DNA of 64,000 nt. Origin: Candidatus Omnitrophota bacterium. Lineage in GTDB: Bacteria > Omnitrophota > Omnitrophia > Omnitrophales > JACQLI01. The position numbers and the translations under genes are program-made. Positions 55,976 through 64,000 of this stretch are shown here, one piece after another. How positions within the stretch are numbered: the stretch's first letter is position 1; each line of letters starts with the position of its first letter. The notes beneath the pieces were generated by a model. It had not been told where the DNA came from. It did not search any database and saw only the letters and a list, made by a program, of their open reading frames with translations. The stretch lies in NCBI GenBank assembly GCA_016179745.1, contig JACPCP010000018.1:9258-73257 (forward strand), in the 5' to 3' direction.

Positions 55976-57165
55976 AGAAGATCCTGGTGGCGATGTCGGG
56001 CGGGGTGGATTCGAGCGTGGCGGCGGCGCTCTTGGTCGAACAGGGCTATGAAGTGGCCGGGGCCACGATGCGGACTTGGGCGAGCGGGACGTGTGTCAAT
56101 CGGAACACGAAGGCCTGCTGCGGGCTCACCGGAGTGGAGGATGCCCGGGACGTGGCCGAGCGGCTCGGGATCCGTTACTGGGTCTTCAATTTTGAGGAGG
56201 AGTTCAAGCGCCACGTCGTCGATTATTTTGCGAGCGAGTATCGCCTCGGGCGGACACCCAATCCCTGCATTGCCTGTAACGAACACATCAAGTTCCGGCT
56301 CTTCTTGAAACGGGCAAGACAGCTTGGCTTCGACGCCATCGCCACCGGCCACTACGCCCGCCTCGCCTCAGAGGGGACAGTCCCCTTAAAGGGGACAGGC
56401 AAAGAGAGCTCTCCCGAAAGATGGGACGCCCCCCTCCCCGGGACGACGTATTGGATTGAAGAAGGGATCGATCCCACCAAGGACCAATCTTATGTTCTCT
56501 TTCCGCTCGATCAGGAAGTTTTAAGCCGGACACTCTTGCCGCTCGGCGCCTACCGAAAGTCAGAGATCCGTGAGAGGGCCCGCTCCCTCGGCCTTGTCTC
56601 TGTCATGGAGAAACCCGATTCCCAGGAAATTTGTTTCATTCCGAGCAACGACTACCCCGCCTTTCTCGAAAAGGAGTTTGAAGTCGAGAAGAAGCCGGGC
56701 GTCATTCGGACGAAAGACGGGAACGTCCTCGGGACGCATGACGGTTATCATCAATTCACCCGGGGCCAGCGGCGGGGACTGGGGGTCAGCCGGGGCGAAC
56801 CGGCGGGACGCCCTTACTACGTCCTCGAGACAATCCCGGAAACCAATGAAGTGATTGTGGGGGAGAAGGAGGAGGTTTTGGACACGACGTTCCGGGTGGA
56901 GCGGGTGAATTGGATGATTTTTCCCTCACCCCCTCCCTCTCCCCAGAGGGGAGAGGGTCAGGGAGAGGGGGGAAGATTCTCTTTTCAGGCGCACGTAAAA
57001 ATCCGTTCCCAACACCCAAAGGCGCCCGCCGGTGTGGAAATTTTGGATGAGAGTTCAGTCCGGGTCTGTTTCAAAGAGCCCCAGGAAGCTGTGACGCCCG
57101 GTCAGGCCGCTGTTTTTTATGACGGTCCCCGTGTCATCGGCGGCGGCTGGATTGCATCGCCGTGA
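55972..57165 (+). CDS. mnmA: tRNA 2-thiouridine(34) synthase MnmA with two in-frame repeat insertions
   Basis: [17 protein letters not shown]-loop, [17 protein letters not shown] and [11 protein letters not shown] aaggag at 55961-55966. Confidence 0.9.
56371..56415. repeat. G-rich repeat family B, copy 3 (in frame in mnmA)
   Basis: gaggggacagtccccttaaaggggacaggcaaagagagctctc encodes [15 protein letters not shown] between ATGHYARLA and the KDQSY motif. Confidence 0.8.
56923..56972. repeat. Palindromic element family A, copy 3 (in frame in mnmA)
   Basis: ccctcaccccctccctctcccc aga ggggagaggg tcagggagagggggg encodes [17 protein letters not shown]. Confidence 0.8.
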
Positions 57166-57986
57166 AACCGCTGGATCCCCTCAAGGAAATTATTCATTCT
57201 TACGGCCGGGTCCTCGTTGCCTTTTCCGGAGGAGCGGACTCGGCCTTTGTCTTGAAAATCTGCCGTGACGTGCTCGGTCCGGAAAATGTCAAACCGGTCA
57301 TTGCCAAAAGTCCGTCCCTTCCCCAGTCGGAGCTGGAAGCGGCCCGGTGTGTTGCCGGGGAAATCGGCGCTGAGTTCCTCGTGATCGAAACCCGGGAGCT
57401 TGAGAATCCTGAGTATGCCGCCAATTCGACCCGGCGCTGCTACTTCTGCAAGGGCGAACTTTATTCTTGTCTTCTTCCTCTGGCGGAAAAGTTCGGGATG
57501 CAATTTGTGGTGAACGGGATCAATCGAGACGATCTTGGCGATTGGCGTCCGGGCCTTCGGGCCGCAAGGGAATACGGAATCAAAAGCCCGCTCGTGGAGG
57601 CCGAATTCGGAAAAGAAGAGATTCGATTTTACTCCCGCCAGCTTGGCCTCTCGACCTGGTCGAAACCCCAAGCCGCCTGCCTTTCCAGCCGCATTCCCTT
57701 TGGGACGAAGGTTACGGCGGACCGGCTGAGACAAATTGAAACCGGTGAGGAGACTCTAAAGGCGTTTGGCTTCCGCACCGTTCGGCTCCGCTGGATGGGT
57801 CGGGGCGGTCTGTCCAACCTCCCTTCGGCCTCGGTCGAGGTCGGTCAGGAAGAGGTGGGAATTTTTTTTCAAAATCAGGAAATTCGGGAGAGCGTTACCG
57901 CCCGGCTGAGACAACTGGGTTTCAAATCCATTGATCTTGAGCTCGCCGGCTACCGTCCCGGCCGATTTAACCCCACTGGGCTGTGA
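57162..57986 (+). CDS. larE: PP-loop ATP pyrophosphatase, LarE/TIGR00268-like sulfur transferase
   Basis: VLVAFSGGADSAFV PP-loop, RCYFCK, and ACLSSRIPFG conserved cysteine region. Confidence 0.75.
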   Translation: MKPLDPLKEIIHSYGRVLVAFSGGADSAFVLKICRDVLGPENVKPVIAKSPSLPQSELEAARCVAGEIGAEFLVIETRELENPEYAANSTRRCYFCKGELYSCLLPLAEKFGMQFVVNGINRDDLGDWRPGLRAAREYGIKSPLVEAEFGKEEIRFYSRQLGLSTWSKPQAACLSSRIPFGTKVTADRLRQIETGEETLKAFGFRTVRLRWMGRGGLSNLPSASVEVGQEEVGIFFQNQEIRESVTARLRQLGFKSIDLELAGYRPGRFNPTGL

Positions 57987-60025
57987 ACCCTCTCCGGGGC
58001 GGGATTAAACTCGAAGGGAAAAAGGGGGCCACCCTCCTTCCCTGGACGATTGCCCGCCCGGCCCCGCCCCGCCGGGTCCGTCTCCCTTTGGGAGGAGAGT
58101 CCCCCCTTGTCAAAGCGGGGGATCTTGTCAAGGTGGGCGAGAGAATCACAGCCGGCCTTCACGCCTCGATTTCTGGAAAAGTCTCTGAAGCCGCCGGTTT
58201 TATTGAAATCATTTCAGACGGAAGGGATGAGATTCTTTCCGAGATCGGCAGGGAGCGGCCGGGCTGGGAATCCCTTCCGCCCGCCGAGATGGAAAAAATT
58301 CTTCTCGCTTCAGGTCTTTCTTTTAAGATTTCCCAAGCGGCTTCCATCGATACGGTTCTGATCAATGGCTGCGAATCGGAGCCCTACCTGACCTCTGACC
58401 ATGCCTTGATGATGAGCCATCCGCTTGAAATCTTGAGAGGAGGCGAGATCCTTCGGCGGGCCTTCGGCGCCAAGGAATTGATCGTGGCCCTTGAAGATAA
58501 TAAAGAGGAGGTCGCAGAGCTTCTCAAGAGTAAGGTTTTTTTTCATTCCGAGACAAAGGTCCGAATCGAAACGCTCCCCACCCGATACCCCCAGGGCGCT
58601 GACACGGTTTTAATCGAGACACTTTTAAAGCGTTACGTCCGGCCGGGCCAGTCACCCTTCACGGTCGGTGTGGCCGTGGCCAGCGTCACCGAGACCTTCG
58701 CCGCTTACGAGGCCGTCGTCCTCCAGAAACCCTTTTACGAGCGGGCGGTCACGATCGGCGGGGAGTGTACGGTGCAGCCGAAAAATGTCTGGGTCCGGGT
58801 CGGGACCCCCGTGGAGGAGGCCGTGAAATACGCCCGGGGATTTTTAAGAAAACCAGCCAAGGTCATTCTCGGCGGGCCGATGACGGGCACTGAAATCGAA
58901 AATCTTGATACCCCGATTCTAAAAAATACGCCGGCTGTGCTCGGCCTCCCTCCGGAGGTCCTGAATGGGGATACGGTCGAGCCCTGCATCCATTGCGGCC
59001 TCTGCGTTGAAAGCTGCCCGGCTGAAATCTCGCCGGCCTTGATTTCACTCGCCGTAGAAAAGGATCGCTTCGATTTGGCCGCCGAATACGGGGCTGAATT
59101 TTGCATCGGCTGCGGGAATTGCGCCTATGTCTGCCCCTCCAAACGCCCGATGGTTCAGCTGATCGAGGAGGCCGAATCCCACGGCCGGGCTCCCACGGGA
59201 GCGCCGCACATCCGGTCTGGAGATTCCGTCCCACAAAGGATGTGGACGACGGTCCTGGCGCTTTTGCCCGTTTGCCTTGCCGTTCTCTCTTCCCTGCGGT
59301 TTTCCACCCTCCGGATCCTTGCTGTCTCGACGGCCGCCGCCGTTTTGACGGAACTCGGCGTGAGGAAAATTTTGAAACTCCCAGTCTCGATCCACAACGG
59401 AAGCGCCGTGATCACGGGGATCCTTTTAGGATTGATGCTGCCGGCCGATCTCGCTTCCTGGGCCGTGGCCCTCGCCTCCTTTTTTTCGATTTTCTTCGGA
59501 AAGGAAATCTCAAGCGGCCTTGGCCAAAACCCTTTCAATCCGGCGCTGGCCGGACTCGTCATTTTGTATCTGGGGATTCTGGGCGGGGAGTCCGCCTCTC
59601 CGGGATCGCTGGTGTGGAGCGACACAAGTCCGATGGCCCTTTTGGCAGGCGGCGTGATTTTAATTTGGGCGAAACTGATCCCGTGGGAAATTCCCTTTCT
59701 CTACCTGGGGACGCTTTTTCTTTTGCAAGGGCTCGTCGAACGCACCGCCTCGCTGGCGATGGCCCAGGATTTTTTTCTCTCAGGCCCGCTTCTCCTCGCC
59801 GGTTTTTTTCTCGTGACAGACCCCATGACAACACCGGTCTCGAAGATGGGAATGCGCTGGTTTGCGGTCGGGAGCGGGGCCCTGACCTTCTTCTTTGGGC
59901 GGGAGGTCCCTGTGGGGCCGGCCCTGACCCTGGCCCTTCTTTCCATGAATGCCCTGACGCCCCGCCTTGACGTTTGGTTCCGGCCCAGACCCGCATTAAC
60001 ACGCCAAAAGTCAAATCACCACTGA
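57983..60025 (+). CDS. RnfC-like / RnfD-like fusion protein
   Basis: The N-terminal part has the RnfC_N pattern (VKAGDLVKVGERI...LHASISGKV), INGCESEPYLT and two CxxCxxCxxxCP ferredoxin motifs. The C-terminal ~280 aa are polytopic with RnfD/NqrB-like APHIRSG... and FLVTDPMTTP. Confidence 0.7.
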   Translation: MNPLRGGIKLEGKKGATLLPWTIARPAPPRRVRLPLGGESPLVKAGDLVKVGERITAGLHASISGKVSEAAGFIEIISDGRDEILSEIGRERPGWESLPPAEMEKILLASGLSFKISQAASIDTVLINGCESEPYLTSDHALMMSHPLEILRGGEILRRAFGAKELIVALEDNKEEVAELLKSKVFFHSETKVRIETLPTRYPQGADTVLIETLLKRYVRPGQSPFTVGVAVASVTETFAAYEAVVLQKPFYERAVTIGGECTVQPKNVWVRVGTPVEEAVKYARGFLRKPAKVILGGPMTGTEIENLDTPILKNTPAVLGLPPEVLNGDTVEPCIHCGLCVESCPAEISPALISLAVEKDRFDLAAEYGAEFCIGCGNCAYVCPSKRPMVQLIEEAESHGRAPTGAPHIRSGDSVPQRMWTTVLALLPVCLAVLSSLRFSTLRILAVSTAAAVLTELGVRKILKLPVSIHNGSAVITGILLGLMLPADLASWAVALASFFSIFFGKEISSGLGQNPFNPALAGLVILYLGILGGESASPGSLVWSDTSPMALLAGGVILIWAKLIPWEIPFLYLGTLFLLQGLVERTASLAMAQDFFLSGPLLLAGFFLVTDPMTTPVSKMGMRWFAVGSGALTFFFGREVPVGPALTLALLSMNALTPRLDVWFRPRPALTRQKSNHH

Positions 60026-60089
60026 TCAATTTCGATCAAATTTGTAATTTTTAGACCATAGGCTATCCTTGTGCAGACAAGGAAACCCT

Positions 60090-61172
60090 ATGACCCTTGA
60101 TGCGTATATAAAGGAAGCTCTGGAAAAGGGCGCCTCGGACATTCACTTTGCCGTGGGGCGTCCCCCCACTTACCGCATTCACGGAGAATTAGTCTCAGCC
60201 GGCCCGAGGCCCTTGACGTCCGAAGAGACGGAGGCGCTGGCAAAGGAGATCATCACCGAGGCGCATCGCAAAAGAATCGAGGAAGTCGGCGGTGTGGATT
60301 TCGGATTTTCCTTCAAGGACAAGGCAAGAATCCGTGTCTCCTGTTTTAAAGAACGGGGAAATTTTGGTCTGGCGCTCCGGCCCCTCCCGAACCGGTTCTT
60401 CAGCTTTGAAGAGATCGGACTCTCCGAAAAGGTGATCGAGCTTTTGGGCCTGCCCCGGGGGCTGATCCTGGTGACGGGTCCCACCGGATCCGGAAAGACG
60501 ACCACGCTCGCCACGATGCTCAATTATGTTAATGAGAATTTCGCCAAACACATCATTACGATTGAGGACCCCATCGAGTTTATGCATGCCCATAAAAAAT
60601 CCCTGATCACACAGCGGGAAGTGGGCCAGGATGTCTCCGATTTTTCAGAGGCCGTGGTGAAGGCGCTCCGCCAGGATCCGGACGTGATTTTAATCGGTGA
60701 AATGCGGGATTTGGCCACGATGGAGGCCGCCATCCGGGCGGCTGAAACCGGCCATCTGGTCTTTGCGACGCTTCACACCAGCGGCGCTGCCCGGACCGTG
60801 GACCGAATCATCGATGTCTTCCCGACCCACCAGCAGGCCCAAGTGAGGGTCCAGCTTGCATCCATCCTCGTGGCCGTGCTTTCGCAAACCCTTCTTCCAA
60901 AGGCCGACGGCACCGGGCGAGTGGCCGCCTTTGAACTCATGGTCACAACGCCCGCTATTCGCAACTTGATCCGGGAAGGGAAGACCTATCAAATCTTTTC
61001 TGAAATTCAGACCGGCTCCCGGATGGGGATGAAACTCCTGGACGATCACCTGCATGAACTCTATGACCAAGGCCTCATCAGCTACGACGCTGTGATGCAG
61101 ACTGCCTACGAGCCCAAAGAGCTTTCCGAAAAAATCGTCCGGGGCGCTGTGGGCACAGCTAAGAAAAAATAA
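60090..61172 (+). CDS. pilT: Type IV pilus retraction ATPase PilT
   Basis: GASDIHF, Walker A GPTGSGKTTTLA, ITIEDPIEF, and the Asp/His boxes DVILIGEMRD and ETGHLVFATLHT. ATG 60090 chosen (MTLDAYIKE...). Confidence 0.9.
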   Translation: MTLDAYIKEALEKGASDIHFAVGRPPTYRIHGELVSAGPRPLTSEETEALAKEIITEAHRKRIEEVGGVDFGFSFKDKARIRVSCFKERGNFGLALRPLPNRFFSFEEIGLSEKVIELLGLPRGLILVTGPTGSGKTTTLATMLNYVNENFAKHIITIEDPIEFMHAHKKSLITQREVGQDVSDFSEAVVKALRQDPDVILIGEMRDLATMEAAIRAAETGHLVFATLHTSGAARTVDRIIDVFPTHQQAQVRVQLASILVAVLSQTLLPKADGTGRVAAFELMVTTPAIRNLIREGKTYQIFSEIQTGSRMGMKLLDDHLHELYDQGLISYDAVMQTAYEPKELSEKIVRGAVGTAKKK

Positions 61173-61263
61173 ACTCGAATTTCCCTCCCGCCAGCTTAAA
61201 TGGACCCCGTAAGAAAATTCCAATAAGGCTAAATTTATAGCAAAATATAGTTCTTTATAGCAT

Positions 61264-61318
61264 TTACGTGTAAGCACGTGTAATTGATCAAATGGAGGGT
61301 ATACTTCACACGTGATCA
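61264..61318. promoter_or_regulatory. Cluster of ACGTG-core boxes upstream of the beta-helix protein gene
   Basis: ttacgtgtaa, gcacgtgtaattgatca and cacacgtgatca fall within 55 nt of an AT-rich intergenic region. There is no functional evidence. Confidence 0.25.
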
Positions 61319-61358
61319 AGAGACATATCGGAATTCAATTAAAGGGATGTAAAAAGAT

Positions 61359-64000
61359 ATGAAAATGTTGCGCTCAAAGCCTCTTGCGTGGCTCCTTCTT
61401 TTTACCTTCTTTTGTCAACAGTCGGTTTTCTCTCCCTACGCTGCCTACGCCAATGGCCAAGCCGCTCCGATCAGCGCCACCAATGAGCTTGGTGTCCCGG
61501 TGCCCGTGATTCCGTTTGACCCCACGAAGCCTCCTTCGACGGATGACGGAGATGCGTTTGAGGAAGAGATACGCACAACCACCGAAGAACTTCAAGACGA
61601 TTACCCGCTTACGGAGGCGGAGGAGGCGAAGAAGCAAGAAACAGAGAGGAAAGAAGCAGAGAAGCAAGAGGCAGAGAAAGAAGAGAAACTTAATTACGAA
61701 TACGAGCGTTATGAATTCGAAGATGCCGTTGATCTTTTGAGGCCCGAGTTTGCCACAGCCGTTATCGTCAAGGACCTTTCGAAGGAAAATCTCGAGACGC
61801 TCACGAAACTTGACATCGAGGTCGGCGTTGCAGTCCTCCACGGGGAAATCGTTCTCTTCACTTCCGGGAGCGAAAATGAGTTGGGCACTCTCCCTGCCGT
61901 CAAGGCGCTTATCGACAAAGCCTCTTTCATGTCTCATACCCATCCCGGCGAGGACGCCCTTCAAGGCCCTTCCCACTTTGACATTCAGGAGTCGGTGGAG
62001 GCGCCCAAACTTGAATGGGTTGTCAGTCACGAGGATGCCTATGCCTACAACCAGGATGGCGTTGCCAATGGGGGTAAGGCCTTCTCGCACGAGGATTATC
62101 TTGAAGCCTTAAGCCGGGCCCTTTGGGAAACCGCCGCCGAGCGGGATCAAATGGCTGCCCGTGGAGCGCTAAATCTTTTTGTCGCCGAACAGGACCGCTA
62201 CAACGAAGCCCCCGAATCGGAACAGGTCACGCTTCGTGAGGCGGGAGACCTCATCATCAACGCCGGCCAGATCGTTGTCCTTGCCTCTGGTGAAACCAAC
62301 TTTGGAGACATCACGATTTTGGGCGATGGCCAGCTCATCTCAGATCACGACATCCGGGTGAGCGGCCGGGTGAGTGTTTCGGGAACAGGCAAATTAATGA
62401 TTAATGGCACTGTCGTGGTTGAGGGAAACGTGACTCTTCGGGAAGAAGGAATCCTCGAGGCGAAGGACGCTTCCGGGAAGGCCATTCTCAAGTTTTTTGG
62501 AGAACGAGAACAAATCTTTGACCTCACAGGAGCGGCAGACAATCTCAAGGCAGACGTCTTCATTTCCAAACCGATTCAGAGTGTCATCCTTGCCTCGGAT
62601 GCGATTTTCTCAGGGACCTTTGAGGTGACCACCGGAACGTTTGATGCCAATGGAAAAAACGTCACCGTGGCCGGTCGCACGAACGTTTTTAACGGGAATT
62701 ACAAGGCCAGTTCCGGAACCCAGACCTTTAACGGTGGGCTTATTCAATCCGGGACCGGAGATTTTATGGGGGGAACAGGAGACGTTGTGATCACGGAGAG
62801 CCTGACGGTGGCCGGAGATCGTTTCGAGGCCCCGACCGGCACCTTGACAATCAATGGGGATTTTGAAGTCACAAGCGCCGGAAAGTTTTTCGGCTCCACG
62901 GGAGGGGTTGACCTCAATGGAAATTTTAAGGCCGTGGCCCCGGGTGTCTTTGTCCCTCCCTCAGGGGTTTTCAGCGTCTCCGGAAACTGGCGGAGCTTGG
63001 GAACGATCTCATCTCTTGCCGTGACCTTTGACGGATCGGGGGTGCAGACCCTCGATGCGACGAACCCATTTTCGAAAATTACGCACTCGGGTTCCGGCAC
63101 TTTGAGGCTTGTCAACAGCGACCTGACGGTCACCAATCGTTTTGAGAATACCTCCGGTGTCTTTGACCTGAATGGCAGGGGTTGGGCGATGACCGGAGCC
63201 GCCTTCTCCAATGACGGGACCCTCCGTCTTCAAGGAGAAGAAAATATCGTAGGATTGGTTCAGGACACCGACTCCGGCACGTGGGAGTATGTCTCCGACC
63301 GGTTTGTTTCGCTCAAGGATTTTGGAATTGTTGATTATTTTAATTTGGTGTTGGGTTCTCCGGGGGGAACCGGCAACTACAGTTCGGTTGATGAGAAAAG
63401 AATCAACGGCACCTTGACGATCACGGGCGGGAGCTACGACACGAATGCCAGAAACACGATTGTGGCCGGCCTGGCAACGATCAGCGGAGGAAGGTTCGAC
63501 TCCATTGGCGGGACCCAGGTCTTTAACGGCGGGCTTACGATCAGCGGCGCAGGAATTTTTGAGGCGGATACCGCCACAATCGATTTGAATGGCAATCTCC
63601 ATCTCTTGAGCGGAGGGAGCCTGGTCGGCTCCGGAGGGGGCAAGCTTAATATTTCCGGCAATTGGAACAATGCGGGTGGCACTTTTATTCATAATGGTGA
63701 AACCGTCACTTTCGACGGGGCGAACCAACGCATTAGCGGCTCGAACACCTTTAAGATTCTCAAAAAAGTTTCGACGGTCTCTGACACGTTGACCTTCGAA
63801 GCAGGATCCACTCAAACGATTGTGGGAAAACTCACCCTCAAGGGAGCCGATGCGAATAACCTCCTCTCGCTCCGTTCCACGGTGTCTGGCACCCAGTTCA
63901 AGATCGATCCCCAAAGCACCCGGGACATTGCCTTCCTGGATATCAAAGATTCCAACAATATCAACCCCACCATCATCGATTGCAGTAGCAACTGCGTCGA
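61359..64000 (+). CDS. Large secreted parallel-beta-helix/adhesin-like repeat protein (3' end beyond window)
   Basis: ATG 61359; I translated this frame by hand and it is open to the window end, which is why the ORF track omits it. Signal peptide MKMLRSKPLAWLLLFTFFCQQSVFSPYAAYA. Then come repeated G-x-x-T/F-x-G-G-L-x-I/G-N segments typical of beta-helix passenger domains. Confidence 0.75.
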   Translation, partial: MKMLRSKPLAWLLLFTFFCQQSVFSPYAAYANGQAAPISATNELGVPVPVIPFDPTKPPSTDDGDAFEEEIRTTTEELQDDYPLTEAEEAKKQETERKEAEKQEAEKEEKLNYEYERYEFEDAVDLLRPEFATAVIVKDLSKENLETLTKLDIEVGVAVLHGEIVLFTSGSENELGTLPAVKALIDKASFMSHTHPGEDALQGPSHFDIQESVEAPKLEWVVSHEDAYAYNQDGVANGGKAFSHEDYLEALSRALWETAAERDQMAARGALNLFVAEQDRYNEAPESEQVTLREAGDLIINAGQIVVLASGETNFGDITILGDGQLISDHDIRVSGRVSVSGTGKLMINGTVVVEGNVTLREEGILEAKDASGKAILKFFGEREQIFDLTGAADNLKADVFISKPIQSVILASDAIFSGTFEVTTGTFDANGKNVTVAGRTNVFNGNYKASSGTQTFNGGLIQSGTGDFMGGTGDVVITESLTVAGDRFEAPTGTLTINGDFEVTSAGKFFGSTGGVDLNGNFKAVAPGVFVPPSGVFSVSGNWRSLGTISSLAVTFDGSGVQTLDATNPFSKITHSGSGTLRLVNSDLTVTNRFENTSGVFDLNGRGWAMTGAAFSNDGTLRLQGEENIVGLVQDTDSGTWEYVSDRFVSLKDFGIVDYFNLVLGSPGGTGNYSSVDEKRINGTLTITGGSYDTNARNTIVAGLATISGGRFDSIGGTQVFNGGLTISGAGIFEADTATIDLNGNLHLLSGGSLVGSGGGKLNISGNWNNAGGTFIHNGETVTFDGANQRISGSNTFKILKKVSTVSDTLTFEAGSTQTIVGKLTLKGADANNLLSLRSTVSGTQFKIDPQSTRDIAFLDIKDSNNINPTIIDCSSNCV

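Overview
This is a 64-kb window from a GC-rich bacterial genome, probably an uncultivated lineage. The giant genes are reminiscent of those reported for Omnitrophota-type genomes, but that is only a guess. I found no rRNA, tRNA or CRISPR array. More than half of the window is two minus-strand giant ORFs: 4457-15949 (3830 aa) and 30288-54815 (8175 aa). They have paralogous N-terminal signal-peptide plus TraB/Tiki-like domains, and both end in Arg-Ser-Ala-stop. Both are cut into about 10 and about 20 modules by a recurring in-frame pentapeptide, R-[SA]-E-[AVILM]-R. There are 8 RSEAR plus 2 RSELR sites in the first ORF and 21 sites in the second, and none in the other roughly 35 ORFs. Recognisable modules are DUF218, an HExxH metallopeptidase-like unit with a multi-pass membrane region, an APH/kinase-like fold, a P-loop HprK-like unit, HD, a GHKL ATPase and an atypical Ser/Thr-kinase-like unit. 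Several modules begin with their own Met or membrane anchor. I read this as a candidate self-processing polyprotein system. The larger ORF also carries a canonical class-1 intein (Cys1, TxxH, HN/Thr+1; 48588-50714) at a module boundary. The position where a homing endonuclease would normally sit holds two plus-strand toxin-antitoxin pairs (DUF433/DUF5615 and antitoxin/RelE-ParE), encoded antisense to the giant ORF, which nevertheless stays open. The rest of the window is mostly ordinary. It contains a tatC 3' end, a TA/HTH-nucleotidyltransferase islet and a DUF4143 ATPase cassette flanked by 50-bp direct repeats. It also contains a sulfate-assimilation/sulfur-carrier operon (cysC, PHP phosphatase, cysH, sat, cysK, thrC-like, moaD-like, NIL) and a biotin operon (bioB, SDR, KAS-II, bioF, bioA, bioD) with an embedded IVS-protein pseudogene cassette. 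The remaining genes are AbiEii/HTH, Fic, mnmA, larE, an RnfC-RnfD fusion, pilT and the start of a secreted beta-helix protein. Three families of short palindromic or G-rich elements are inserted in frame into coding sequences. All calls rest on reading the translations and the nucleotide sequence by eye. No database search was run.
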